DNA of 64,000 nucleotides from Eukaryota sp. GEM-RC1 (Eukaryota): NCBI GenBank assembly GCA_040285855.1, contig JAUFOQ010000001.1, positions 372,001 to 436,000 of the forward strand, read 5' to 3'. Shown piece by piece: positions 1 to 12,389 of this stretch (position 1 is its first letter; each line of letters starts with the position of its first letter). The notes under the pieces were generated by a model. It saw only the letters and a program-made list of their open reading frames with translations, ran no database searches and was not told where the DNA came from. The position numbers and the translations under genes were made by a program.

Positions 1-510
1 TACCTTGCATGTATTGAAACCCCTTTGTGTGGTGTAATGATGGAATTCTTTATCTGAAACCTCCCTTTAAGCATATCTCTACAAGTCAAACATGATAGTA
101 ACAAACAAATCTAGTGGAATTAATCATAAATTGTTGAGTTATCAAGTGACTGCCGTTTAGTTAAGAGTATAGTGTGTTGAATTTTCAAAATGGTTTCACG
201 AAAATTGTATAATTGTAGATGGTCTATGAACAATTTTCGATGTCCGATTTAATCAATAATAACTCCAATATTAACGAAATTTTTCGATTATGTAATACGT
301 TCTGAAATTTGGTTTTCAAAATTAGTATATTGAAAAATGCAGCTCACAAAACGTTGTCTTGCAAGAATTAAAGTGGATTACTGATGTGACTGTTAAAGAA
401 ATTAGAATGACCCCAGTGAATGGTTAACAGAAGCAGAATGTCTGTCATGATTGGCAAACTTGGGGACAGAACATTTTGGAAAAACCCAAAATTGAATTGA
501 TAATTTCAGG

Positions 511-630
511 TGTTGTATTGTTGTAGTATTGTGTAGATTGATATTAGGTACAAGTCCTCCCCCTTACTTCCAAAGAGGTTCTCTTTTTACTGTAATAGTT
601 CTACTTTAGTTGTAAAAACGAATACACTAA
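511..630 (+). repeat. Diverged copy of the LTR-like repeat found at 1656-1767 and 11813-11924, in opposite orientation
   Basis: tgttgtag..tgtgta..attagg..tcccccttac..aggttctc..actgta resembles the reverse complement of the other two copies; aatacactaa is shared with the flank of the 1.7 kb copy. Confidence 0.5.
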
Positions 631-840
631 GTCATACAAGTTATCATGATCAATGGTTCTTTGTTTAAGGTTGCTCAGATTTCTCACACCAGATTTTCTT
701 TTCGTTGGCATCTACTCATCGAATTTTTCTGAATTCATAAATTAATTTGGCATGAAACTGTCTTTTTGCCAGAGTCAGTGGTGAAAATGTAACTACAAAG
801 AAGTACAGTCGTTTGTTTTTTATCAATTGGACAAAAAGAA

Positions 841-1260
841 CAGAAAAGAATCTCCATTGATGAACTCAAAGACCGAAATCCACGTATGGACGTAGACAAT
901 GAACCCTATTTTCTGTCGAGAACAGAGTGAAAAGAACTGTGTGATGAAAACTTTCGGGAAATCAGATCCTCGATGCTTCCATGAAAAAGCCTACATGTAT
1001 ACGCTTTGATTGGACTTGAAGTCTTCCCACAGTGGATCGTGAAAGATATAGTGGAAGTACATTCCGAGGTGGAGGTAGTACGATCATGTTTTTCATTGGA
1101 GTAGAATTGATATAAGAGTTTAAAATGTTTAAGCAAAGTCTCGGAAAGAGTTTTGGTTTCTGGGCAGAAAACGACGGTTGCGTTTCTGCTCTTCAAAGGG
1201 TTAAACCACTTCTACTCAACCACTGTCTACATCAGAAATGAAAATACCTACAGCTAGCAC
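841..1260 (+). mobile_element. Degenerate transposase remnant, possibly Tc1/IS630-like
   Basis: Stop-interrupted frame containing FRGGGSTIMFFIG, similar to the Tc1 KHGGGSIMVWG motif. Confidence 0.25.
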
Positions 1261-1655
1261 ACATCTTTTCTTGTTTCTCATAAATCAGCTTCAGTTAGCA
1301 ATTGTTTCACCGCTGATATCCGCACAACTGATGGGAGATAACTGACTTTGAGTATTTATTAAAGTTGCATTGAACAAGATTCCACGGTACCTGTCATGAA
1401 GATGCGTATTATCAATCCCAAAGTTTACGGGAAGACAGAGAACGTGATCCCTGAGTACTGCAGCGGATAAAACGGTACTCACGGATCATATATGTTGTCT
1501 GGGCAGCGGTTAATAGTGATATCTTGGGAGTTTGACTTGTGTCTTTTTTTGTAGAACTTAATTATAAGTGTAATAAAATGTTGTTTACGTTTTTATACTA
1601 TATTTGTTTTTAAGAAATAAAAGATTGTTTTTAGTGTATTAATGTCGGCCTTCGT

Positions 1656-1767
1656 GGTGGTGTAACATACAGTGAGAGGAGAACCTTTATGTAGGAAAGA
1701 CCCTGTATAGACGTAAGGGGGAAGATAAAAACCTAATCTGAAATTACACAAATCTACAACTACAACA
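1656..1767 (-). repeat. 112-bp LTR-like repeat, probably the start of a 3' LTR preceded by a polypurine tract
   Basis: Closely similar to 11813-11924; on the minus strand it begins TGTTGTAG immediately after purine-rich aagaagaaaaggcag. Confidence 0.65.
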
Positions 1768-1884
1768 CTGCCTTTTCTTCTTATTGGATAATTCATATTT
1801 GAAATATACTAGTGAGATGTACGATTTCTTGATGTTGATTCAAACGTTCCATAAAGAGAAATAGCAAAAGGATGGAAAATAAAC

Positions 1885-1943
1885 GACAAGTGAGTATGAG
1901 TACTACTCGAGTAGTACTTGAATGGAGTATTTTCCCATCTCTA
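1885..1943. mobile_element. Isolated hAT-like terminus
   Basis: Ends ...tttcccatctcta (reverse complement TAGAGATGGGAAAA) with GAGTA subterminal repeats. Confidence 0.45.
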
Positions 1944-2031
1944 CTCTGAACATAAGAAAACACTGCTCAATCATTAAAGTGTTACATCTTTCCCCTACCT
2001 TTTGAACCAAACTGTATCATCAGCCTATCAT

Positions 2032-3084
2032 ATGAGCACAATTCGTTCTATTCCCCCATCTGATAGTATGGAGTTTGAACTTACAATTCCTCAAGACATG
2101 TTAAGCTCTCATCTCCTTTTAAATGAAAAGAATAAGGCCTTTCCCCTTCGTCGAATCTGCGTCTTCCTTACACTGTTTGTAGTGGCTGTTGTTGTGATAT
2201 ATCCCCTCATTGCTTATTACTTCTACAATAGGGTTGTTATTAAGGCCACTGCTTGCGTAGAATGTGAACCTCCCTTGATCATCGATGATTTTGAACTCAA
2301 GTATCGTGATAGAGGGTCTTCTACCACACTTCCAACAATTATTGTAGTTCATGGTGGACCAGCACACAGCCATCTCAGCTTTAAGGATGGTTTGGACTTT
2401 CTTGAAGACCATACTCGTGTCATTATGTATGATCAAAGAGGTTCTGGGCTTTCCGAAGTAAAAAGTGATACAAACAAGTATACAATGGAACTGTTGGTCG
2501 AAGAGCTCGAAGCTGTCCGTATCGCGTCTGGTTCGGAAAAGATTGTTGTTATCGGACATTCATTTGGTGGTATACTTGCACAACGATATGCTCTCAAGTA
2601 TCCTGACAATGTTGTGAAGGTTATTCTTGTTGGAAGTGTTGTTATTAACAGCAACATGGGCAGCAGCTTCATTTTAAAGTATATCGGCCCAACACTGTAT
2701 TCCTTTTTCCTTGGATTTCCCCCCAAGAAGTCTGCTGATGCTGATGAGTGGTTTACTTTTCAAGATGAATCTTCCCGTCTCTACAATAAGAGCAATGCTC
2801 ACTTGATTGAAGATTCTGGCCCATCTAGATTTGTTCCCTGGAGAGAGTTTTCTATTTCTGTTGCTGGTCAGAATTATGAATCAGAGCTCAAAGCTTCAAC
2901 CATTCCTTTTCTCATCATTTATGGAAGTGCAGACACACGATTTACAGGGTCTGAAGCTGCTTTCTCTATGTGTTCTTTAATTCCTGATTGTAACTTGGTT
3001 GAAATGAAGCAGAGTGGACATTGGCCGTTTCTTGAAGAACCTGGCCAATTTCAATCTGTAGTTTTGGATTTCCTCATCAAATAA
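2032..3084 (+). CDS. Alpha/beta hydrolase, proline iminopeptidase (S33)-like, with N-terminal TM anchor
   Basis: HGGP, YDQRGSGLS, GHSFGG nucleophile elbow, SGHWPF catalytic His; hydrophobic ICVFLTLFVVAVVVIYPLIAYYFY; first ATG at 2032. Confidence 0.9.
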   Translation: MSTIRSIPPSDSMEFELTIPQDMLSSHLLLNEKNKAFPLRRICVFLTLFVVAVVVIYPLIAYYFYNRVVIKATACVECEPPLIIDDFELKYRDRGSSTTLPTIIVVHGGPAHSHLSFKDGLDFLEDHTRVIMYDQRGSGLSEVKSDTNKYTMELLVEELEAVRIASGSEKIVVIGHSFGGILAQRYALKYPDNVVKVILVGSVVINSNMGSSFILKYIGPTLYSFFLGFPPKKSADADEWFTFQDESSRLYNKSNAHLIEDSGPSRFVPWREFSISVAGQNYESELKASTIPFLIIYGSADTRFTGSEAAFSMCSLIPDCNLVEMKQSGHWPFLEEPGQFQSVVLDFLIK

Positions 3085-5681
3085 TAGTTATTTATGACGA
3101 TGTAAACCCTTTGTAAATTAATTAAAGCCCCTAGACACTGTGGCTTTTCGTGGTTGCTGTGGTCTCGAAGTTTTAAATAAGACTGTAAACAAGGACGTTG
3201 TACTAACATTGCATTCATCACAATATTTACTTTGAGCCATACAAACAAAATCAATGACATGTACACATATTTTCAACATTATGTACTTCAATACAATCTA
3301 TTGAATAGACTAGTTTTTTTAGGAGACAGTTTCAGAATCTAGTTGTCGACATCAATGGATCTACTATCAAATAACAAATTAAGTAAGAGACTTCAACAAT
3401 ACTTAAAAGTAGGGCTGTACATTCATATATAACAATATTTGATTCATCGCGATGTCCCTGAAGTTGTAAAGAAGCCAAAAATGTACACGAATTTCATTTT
3501 CCGATACAAAATCGGTTTTGAATTGCTCGTAGTCGTTAAAACCAAATATGGTGGTATTTGAGTAGTTTAAATCACTGCAGAAATCGGTTTCTTGCAGAAT
3601 GTTTTCAAACAATGAATTCAAAGTTAACTAAAACTGAAACTGATTTATATCAACATTAATTGTTAATGACGAGTGTCTTATTGATTTCACTCTCTGTAAT
3701 AACAAATCTTAATAAGTGTTATCATATACGATATTATCAGCAGATATAATCTTTTTGTTTTGGTATGCGTTTTTGGTTTTCATAAATGATCTAGGCAGTG
3801 TTCGGATTTATTTCCACCATGTTTATTAAAAGAAACCATGTCGATGTTATCCGCTGAATCAGCGACAGACGACCAGTGTTGTTTAAATTACAATTTCATT
3901 GGAGTTTTCACCTGTTTCTTCCCTATAAACCTATGCAGTACTGGAATACTAATCTATTTATAGAGGTAAAGTCAATACTGTTGTTTAAGGTCTTTTTACG
4001 TAAATCAACTGTAATTGATGTACATTATTGATATATGTGATGAATCAACTATTGACAAAATTGTAATGAATCATTCCCATATACAATATCAGCTCAAACA
4101 GGTTAATGAAGTTGGTAGAAGAAATTGATGAAATTCTTGTTCTTTATGTTCAGTTACTCTCCTTACTGAACAAAAACAATAAAGAAGGTAAGATATCAAA
4201 TTGGACAACATGATAACATTAAGGTAATTTTGCATTACAGGTCAATAATTTTTTTATTTTGTTTGCTATGTGCGGACAAGATGGTTTTTGTGTTTCAGCA
4301 TTTGTGTTGTAAATGCCCCACTTTTTCTCAAGAAGTATCCCATTGTTTGGAAAAAATGTTGTGAACAATATCATTTCTGCAAATTATAGAAAACCATATT
4401 AAGTGTTTCATAATTTATTTCTCGTCTAGATGTTACAACATGGGATTCAATTCTTTTTTTTTTGATGTCAATGATTCGTACTTCTTTGTATCAAAACTTT
4501 CCTAAACACAGTGTAATCCGCGGGTGAAACGGTCTCTGCAACAACGCAGATATCGAACGTAAACTTCTACTTTTTTCCTCATTAGGTAGTAGCCCAATTA
4601 GCTGCCCAACCAGAAATTTCTACGGTTACTTTCGAAAACTTGCAAGTTCGGGTGTACTCAAACTGAACGACGGATTTCAGAAATGATGACCAAACATTTT
4701 CTGGATGACTGCACGTTCAAAAAAATTGAATATTATACAAGTACTCGAAAACCAAGTAGAACCTGAGAGCAACTTGTGGAGTTTGTAGTTAAAGGAGTGG
4801 TTTTGAGTTGAGTTAACCAAGACTGTACCAGGCCAGCTGATCATGTTCCGGCGAATTCTTAATTAATTGCTGAAAGTTAAATTCTATCACATACATAAAT
4901 TTGTCTGTGTATATTGTGTGTTAAGTCAGATTCTTGAAGTGTACATCACGACTATGATTTATCTGTTACGCTACAGATTTGCCAGGAAACATCGCATTCA
5001 AACGCTGACTTAACCATGTCGTGTATCGTGTAAATAGGCTACAATATTAGTAGAAAAACACAAAATTAAGCCGACAGATTGTATTGTTTCATAAAAAATA
5101 TTTGTTTTGATGCATAGTTGTACTTCACAAACGCAGAATTTGTAGAATCATACATGTCACCTTTTTTAAAGATGGTTTGTGTTGGATGTATTGTCATTAT
5201 AAGATAATGTTAAGTTGGAAGTATGAAAAGGTGATATTTTTGATGATGAATGTTTTGAAAATTGTAGGGTTGTCAAATGACATGTCACGACGCATCTGTA
5301 GTGCAAGTGCTTGGAATATTACAGTGCAGTATTGCATTGGGATAAGTCCTTCTAAAGCAGTCACTCAAATGTAGATTGCTAATTGATTGGACATTCACAG
5401 CTCTTGACACGTGTCAACTTGTGATGTCAGTTCTGAGTTTTTTCAAGACCTTTGAATTTATAGTCTTTGTCGGTATCGATAACACACACAGTGTGAAGTA
5501 TAGTCGTTTTTATATCAAAGTCACAGCCTATGGTATCATTTATATATGATTCACTGCAATACGCAGACATCTTGAAAATTCTTACATTTCGATGTTGTAA
5601 TACAGAACCCTTATTTTAATGTATGTACTTTATTATCAGTGGAAAAGAACAGATGGAGAGGTATATATAACTTTCAATAAA

Positions 5682-6197
5682 TTATTCAAATTTTAATTGT
5701 GAACCAATAGCTAAAAATGGCTGATAATATTCATCGATATTTGAGCTGACAGACATATCTGAATGAAAACAGATTGTTCCAATTTCAGCCAGAAGCTTTT
5801 CAGACTGTGAAAAAACACTAGGTATATCTGCTAAAATATGACCAACAGATTGAACATCAGTAAGCGCAGCATTAAGATAAGGTAAGGCGCCAATTCCATC
5901 TGCAAGATGTTTGTCAAAGTAGTTCTTCAATTTTTGATTCCATTGAACGAAGGGTTTGAGATCACTAAAATGTTTTACATCAAACAACCTTTCAACACAT
6001 TGATTGAATATCTCTTGACGCTTCGTGATGAAGGAATTCAGCCATTTTTTACTTTGAGATGTACCCGCCGAATTGATAGCTCTAGAGAAAGCAATAGGAG
6101 ACTGATAGGTCGACATTTGACCTAACAACGCAAATTTTCGGTCAGAAAGTACATGATCGATGGTGTTTTCGTACCCATGAGTGCCCAAAATGATCAA
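5682..6197 (-). CDS. Hypothetical protein, probably a 5'-truncated gene fragment
   Basis: 171-codon ORF with protein-like composition, no ATG at the ORF start and no recognised motif. Confidence 0.35.
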   Translation of the reverse strand: MIILGTHGYENTIDHVLSDRKFALLGQMSTYQSPIAFSRAINSAGTSQSKKWLNSFITKRQEIFNQCVERLFDVKHFSDLKPFVQWNQKLKNYFDKHLADGIGALPYLNAALTDVQSVGHILADIPSVFSQSEKLLAEIGTICFHSDMSVSSNIDEYYQPFLAIGSQLKFE

Positions 6198-7809
6198 ATC
6201 ATGTTCATTTGTGTTTTTAATATTTTTATCTAATGTTATATATTTAGGAATAATAAAAGTATTTTCAATAAAATAAACTAACAGAATTCAAGTATAATGA
6301 AGGTCTTGGAACAATAATAAAGAATTTTGTTTACAAGCTTTAAAATTCAAATGTATTTTTTAAGAATCGCTTGCCGATTTTCTTTAAAATATCCTATTTA
6401 GCAATTGATTGTGGATTAGAATACAATAAATTTGCATATTCTTTAATCTTCAGCTCAAGTTATTCGTCAATTTTCACTTCGTCATCATCTTCTTGCTTAC
6501 GTGCTTGTTTTCGAACACGAGAAGGACGTGTCGAGAAACGGACAGCATTGGTCTGTCGGGGTTGCAAGTTGTTCATCCTGCCACATTACCAATATTGTTC
6601 TTTTTTCTTCCAGTCCATCTATTACCCCTTGATTCATTCTTCTTTTTGACTCTCGACTCTCATTAGTAGGCTATATCAATTCAAACCTGTTTTGGAGTGT
6701 CTTTGTATCAAATACAAGGAGATGAATGGTTTTATACATGCAATCTAATGAGCGAATATGGTAATAGTCTTATACAAGAGTAGCATCATCTCTCCTAAGT
6801 GGAGAATTGTGTCTACCGTTTGAGATATTCTAGGAGAGCTTCACCGGAAGCTTTAAGGAAGGTCAGGCTTGGAGAGGTGGATTGACCCTAACAATATCGG
6901 CTTCAGCATAAGCCACATGGTTGCCTGATGTTTCTTGTCTGTTATCGACTGATAGACATCAATTTTCTCAAGGAAAGTTTTCCATATCGTTCCTTGTGAA
7001 GGAACTTTCTCAAATCAGGATTTGTTCACGCTTTGTGTATCTACAAGCAACGGCTTCGACCAGCTCGAGGACGGAAGTGTAAATTGAATGGCTGAGATTC
7101 ACGGTAAACTTAAAACAACCTTGTATTCAAGTAGTAGTATTGTTTATTGATTGATTTTAACATTCTTATAATGATCATAAATGTCAATTATATTCATTTC
7201 CCAAATCAAATTGACACCTACTCAAAATGAAATGACAAATTCATGAAGGTTTTACTATATACTGACTCTCTTATGCCAAGCTACCTTTACATCCCAAGCA
7301 CTACAGTGTGCAGTGAGAAGCAGATGGGTGCTATATAGAAACCCTCCATTTATGTTCTTAATCGTTTCACCAGCAATTTCCTTTTACACCGCTATAGAAT
7401 TGGCAACAGGAGAGAAAGAAATAATGAAGACCAATTCGAAATACACATGGTTTCGTACTTGTAGTAGTCAAACGATTTAGTAGTCTGGCTGTTAATTGAT
7501 GGATGGATGTGGATGTGGATGAAAAACTTGAGATCCACGTGGGTGGTAGATTTACGAAAACTCATCCACCATCATCGATGGATGACTATGTAGATTACTT
7601 GAAAAATTGGTTTAACGATTAATACAGTTCTTTATAAACTTTGTACCTCATTAATTATCGCGATCTGTTTCACAAGATGCTTAGGGTTTGAAGTGCATGA
7701 CACTTCCGTAGTTTGTGAAAATTAGTGTATGTGAGCAACTTTCATAAAAGAATGACGCATATTTCTTAGAGCTTTATGAAGAAATTCTCTGAAAGAAAAA
7801 GTCAGAGTC

Positions 7810-9020
7810 ATGTCCGATTCTTCTTGGGAGGAACTTGAGCTTCCCCAACCTCTTCTCAACTCCATTTCTGCACTAAAGTGGGAAAAACCGACTCCTATTC
7901 AAGCTAAAGTTATCCTCATTCATGATGACAAAGATGTCATTGGCCTAGCAGAAACTGGTTCTGGAAAAACCACTGCTTTCGTCATTCCCATGCTCCGATC
8001 TCTTCTCAAATCTCCTAGACCTTTTTTCGGTGTTATCATTGCACCTACCCGTGAAATAGCTCTTCAAATAGGTGAAACACTTCGCGCAATTGGCGGACCT
8101 TTCTCTGTTCGTCAAGCTGTTCTGGTTGGAGGAATTGACATGATGACTCAAGCCTTGAGTCTTTCCAAGAATCCCCACATAATTGTGGCAACTCCTGGTC
8201 GTCTTACCGACCATCTGAATGCTACTAAAGGGTTCAGTCTATCTCGGGCTGGATATTTCATTCTAGATGAAGCAGATCGTTTTTAGATTCCTTTTTTGAA
8301 GAAGAATTACACACAATCATTAAAACTCTCCCAGCCAATCGTAGAACTCTTCTATTCAGTGCAACGATGACTAGGAAGGTGGAGAAACTCCAACGAGCTT
8401 CATTCACTCAATCTGTGGAGAGAATAGAAGTTTCAAGGAAGGGGGAAACTGTTAAGACTTTGTCACAATCTTTTGTCTTTTGTCCTGCTAAGTATAAGGA
8501 TACTTACCTTAATTTAGCGCTAATTAAATTGTCTGGAAACTCGATTATTATTTTTGCAGCCACGTGTGTCGCGGTGAAGCGTTTAACTTTATTATTACGA
8601 AACTTGGGTTATTCGGCAATACCAATTCATGATCAATTATCTCAAACCGAAAGATTAGGTGCTCTAAATAAGTTTAAAAGTGGAACTAAAGCTATTCTAG
8701 CCGCTACTGACGTGGCATCACGTGGACTTGACATTCCTTCTGTTGACATTGTTATTAACTATGACATCCCTAACAGTAGTAAAGATTATGTTCATCGAGT
8801 AGGCCGAACAGCTAGAGCTGGTAGGAATGGTAAGACAATCTCTCTGGTAACGCAGTATGACATTGAGTTGTTTCAAAGGATAGAGGGGTTTATTGGAGGT
8901 GGGGAAGAATACAAAATGGACCAATACCAGTTAGACAAGGAGGAAGCTCTAGTGTTGCTAGAGAGAGTTTCTGAAGCGGGTAGGTTGGCTGCTGTTCAGA
9001 TGAAGACCGATACTTTATGA
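7810..9020 (+). CDS. RRP3: DEAD-box RNA helicase RRP3/DDX47, split by a 1-nt deletion in the T5 run at 8280-8284 (error or pseudogene)
   Basis: Q motif PTPIQ, AETGSGKT, PTRE, TPGR, DEAD; adding one T restores DEADRxLDSFFEEELHTIIKTLPANRRTLLFSATMT; DVASRGLD, HRVGRTARAG. Confidence 0.85.
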
Positions 9021-9269
9021 AAGCAAAACGAAATTACCATGGTTGATAACTATTCGTAAGTTTCAAATTGTAACGAGACATGTTAATTTAAAAACACAAA
9101 GCGAAACATTTCTGAATTAAACAGTTGATGAAATAAGGTTACAACAGGATGTACTTGAGTTCAAAAAGTAAGAAATCTATATAATTATTAACATTACAAT
9201 TCAAAGTGGCTCCCAATAGAGATCTACAGAAGGCAACTACAGAAACTTATTTGTCGGCTCGATCAAAAA

Positions 9270-9400
9270 TGATTAAATTCTCTCAAACTAGGAAACATTC
9301 TAGTAAGTGGGGATAGAAAGAGAGTTGTTGTTGGTGGTGATGGCCTGAGAAATATCTTGGGAAAGGATCGACATCCTAATGTGTATGCTTGAAGCTTTTC
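9270..9400 (+). pseudogene. SPRY-like domain fragment related to 38387-38821
   Basis: VSGDRKRVVVGGDGLRNILGKD versus VSEDGKRVVVASDSCRVRNILGED. Confidence 0.55.
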
Positions 9401-9705
9401 ATTTCTGAAAAGTATGTGTATTTGACAACACTAAAACCTACTAATACAGATGAGATGAATGCACGGCTAGCTTAATCATTGATGAACCCGGCTTAAGACC
9501 TGTAAAGTTCCACATCCAGATTTCTACTGACGACTTAGAACTGTTGTGTTTCAGCTTATCAAGATGGTGATAAAGTGTTTATAGAGTTCAATAAATTATG
9601 GTACAATGTTAATGTTGATATATCTTGAGAACAAAACGGATCAAACAATGCAGATTAGACTTCTGAACAGCAAGTTACGTGAAGTTCATCAATGTACGAA
9701 TTTTC

Positions 9706-10887
9706 ATGACCAATCCAACAACTTCCAACCTCAATGATTCTGCTCAAGAGCAAGGTTCTGCTGAACCGAAGAACCAGCTTGATCACCTTCAGTTCTTAGC
9801 GAATCCCTTCGTGTCTAAGGTCTCTAGACGAGATTCAGAAAAGTTCACCAACTTACCGCCTTCTGACGGCGGGTGTATCATGAATCTTACACTCCACAAC
9901 TCGAAACCCTCTACTTCTCTTCAAGTTCGAAATCACTGTTCGCTTTCTAGTGGGAGGACAAATGTATCTTCATCTTCTCGTCTTTCACCCTCTCCTCACT
10001 CTACCACAGAAAGTCTTTGTAACATAGAACAGTGCCTACAATTTCAGCAATCTCTGTTGGTTTTGATCCATCTTCACTTGTTGCAACGACTTTTAAAGAC
10101 TTCTACCAAGGTGATTATTGGTCGTTGTACTCTTTTCTATCGTTATGGAGGTCCTTTCCGCCATTTAAAGGAAAATCTACCGACTTTCTTCAAGAACGTG
10201 GGATATGTAAGCAATCTCTTCTTGGAATCTGCTTTACTTGCAGCCAAGGTGTTTTTCCAAATAAACACGTTTCCAATCGTTTCAGAAGACTTGTCTCAAC
10301 TTTCTTTATTGTCTTCATTCTATGGGGCAGATCTATCGTCTGTATACATGCACGTTTTAACTGATTCTTTTGATGTTGAAGAATTTAGTAATTATTCTCA
10401 CTTAATTTCAGGATTGGAATTGGAATTAAAAAACCACGATGGTTTGGATTTTCTTTACAAATGTTCTGAATTTTTCCCTCGTCTTAAGAAACTTCACGTT
10501 ACTGTTCATGCTACTGTTTTTATGGAATTTATTGATGTGTTTAACGTTAATGACATCATGACAAGTGTTACTGTAAGACCATTGTCCATTGGACCTCAAG
10601 GTGCTGTCGCACTGGCAGATGTTTTAGGAACCAATTCTACATTGACCAGTCTTGATCTTAGTGATAACTTTATAGATGTTGAAGGTGCCATCGCACTGGC
10701 AGATGCCTTAAAAGTCAATACATCTGTTACAAGTATTAATCTGAGCCGCAACTCAATTGGAGATGAAGGTGCTAGAGCAATGGCAGATGTTCTAAAAGTC
10801 AATGTTAATGTGACAAAAATTAATCTGGGGCGCAACCGCATCACACAAAAACGGCTAAAACATTGCCAGTTACAATTAAAGACCTGA
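9706..10887 (+). CDS. RI-like (NLRC3-type) leucine-rich repeat protein with lineage-specific N-terminal domain
   Basis: 28-aa repeats IGxxGAxALAxxLxxNxxxTxxxLxxN; N-terminal QQSLLVLI...FFKNVGYVSNLFLE shared with the LRR genes at 45-52 kb; C-terminus possibly frameshifted in the A-run near 10848. Confidence 0.85.
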   Translation: MTNPTTSNLNDSAQEQGSAEPKNQLDHLQFLANPFVSKVSRRDSEKFTNLPPSDGGCIMNLTLHNSKPSTSLQVRNHCSLSSGRTNVSSSSRLSPSPHSTTESLCNIEQCLQFQQSLLVLIHLHLLQRLLKTSTKVIIGRCTLFYRYGGPFRHLKENLPTFFKNVGYVSNLFLESALLAAKVFFQINTFPIVSEDLSQLSLLSSFYGADLSSVYMHVLTDSFDVEEFSNYSHLISGLELELKNHDGLDFLYKCSEFFPRLKKLHVTVHATVFMEFIDVFNVNDIMTSVTVRPLSIGPQGAVALADVLGTNSTLTSLDLSDNFIDVEGAIALADALKVNTSVTSINLSRNSIGDEGARAMADVLKVNVNVTKINLGRNRITQKRLKHCQLQLKT

Positions 10888-10889
10888 AA

Positions 10890-11340
10890 CGTTGTGATCG
10901 TTACAAACTTGTTCTCCGCCGTTGGTAGTTCTACCATTTTTTAACGCGTCTTCTATCTGACCACCTTAGCTTATAGCTCTGTACCCATGAGCTCTATACA
11001 CGTGATAGGAGAAACTTGATCACGTCATTTCTTGTTGTTTGTTAGAATGAGGAAAGACACGTGGGTGACGTCTTCAACATTTTTGAAATGTTGTTGTTAT
11101 GTTTTGATGCTTATTCAAACACTATATGTACAATCGCCAATAGTAAATCCAAATTATATTTGATTCGATTGTTGACTTTAGCAATGAAATCAATTCATTT
11201 GGTGAGTAGATTTTATCCAACTCTGGTAAGATGATTTCTTTCAGTAATAGTATTGGGTATTGTTCTAAGTGATAAATCTTTGGTGAAAGGAGGTGTTTAT
11301 AAGTGGAAAGTTAGTTGTTGATTCGTAAGTGTTGGAATTG
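10890..11340 (+). pseudogene. Decayed gene-family fragment (BTB/SPRY-like), homologous to 63815-64000 on the minus strand
   Basis: CDRYKL...THELYTRDRRNLITSFL matches CDRFKF...THELCTRDGRNLITSFL; later VLSDKSLVKGGVYKWKV is SPRY-like. Confidence 0.5.
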
Positions 11341-11812
11341 TTTCATTTAATAACTGTCTTTATTCATAAGAATATTACTTCACCGCTCACGGAAATCATT
11401 TCTAAATGTATCAAATCCAGTTTCAATATTTAATTTCACTCAGTGGATGAAGTAATTTCCCTCACTTTGGTTCTTTTTAAAAACCTTTGACCAACTATTC
11501 TTATCTTTAGATAAAAGAGTCATTTCTGTACTTCTGAATCTTCATTGATTTGAAGTGACGTTTTTTAATGATCTATTTTCAGGAAAAGTATAAGCAGATT
11601 GTAGAAGTTATTTCCTTACAGAGACCTATGAGTACTCTAAAATAACCGTAGAAACCATTTTTGTTTGGGTAAGAAATTGGTCTACCCCTAATGCAGAAAA
11701 AGGCAGCAATTTGTATTCGATATCTGTGTTGCTCCAGACAACGTCTCACCCGCTGATTACACTGCTTTTAAACAAGCATCTGAAAACAAAAGTACTGTTG
11801 GTCTTTGTACAC

Positions 11813-11924
11813 GGTGGTGTAACATACAATGAGAGGAGAACCTTTATATAGGAAAGAACCTCTATGTATGTAAGGGGGAAGATAAAAACCTAATATGAAA
11901 TTACACAAATCTACAACTACAACA
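11813..11924 (-). repeat. 112-bp LTR-like repeat
   Basis: Matches 1656-1767; minus strand TGTTGTAG...cctatataaagg (TATA-like). Confidence 0.65.
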
Positions 11925-12263
11925 GTACGCAGCATTGATGTCAAGCTATTAACAGAGTTGAATCCCAAGGTCAATGCACCAGATAGTGCTTGGAACTCAT
12001 GGGCAGAAATGTTCTCCAAGAATTCTGCAATCAAAGCGAACTCTGTTCCAAAAGACATCGCTCATCCTTTTCGGAATGGTGACCTGCCCATTGATGATCT
12101 AACTGATGGATTTGAAATGGGTTTTTTGGTTGAGGAACTTGCACGACGTATCGATGATATTGACCGTAAAAGAAGGAGAGGCATTGAGGATTTGATAGAA
12201 GATTTCCCCGACTTTGTAAGAACAGCTAAAAAAGATCAGTTCAGAATGTCCCGTGTTAGTTGA
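11925..12263 (+). pseudogene. Unidentified ORF fragment abutting the LTR-like repeat, possibly retroelement-derived
   Basis: Protein-like charged ORF with no start of its own. Confidence 0.25.
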
Positions 12264-12389
12264 GCAATTTAACGCTGCAGTTACTGTGGACAATTCCCAC
12301 CCTCTCAAAAAAGCTCACTGGTTTAGATGTTGTTTATCATAAAAGATTACTTTTATTCTTACAAAACTATATATTCTTAGTAAATAGAT

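Noticed and set aside
6371..7100. Decayed minus-strand coding-like stretch
   Set aside because: Many stops and no recognisable motif
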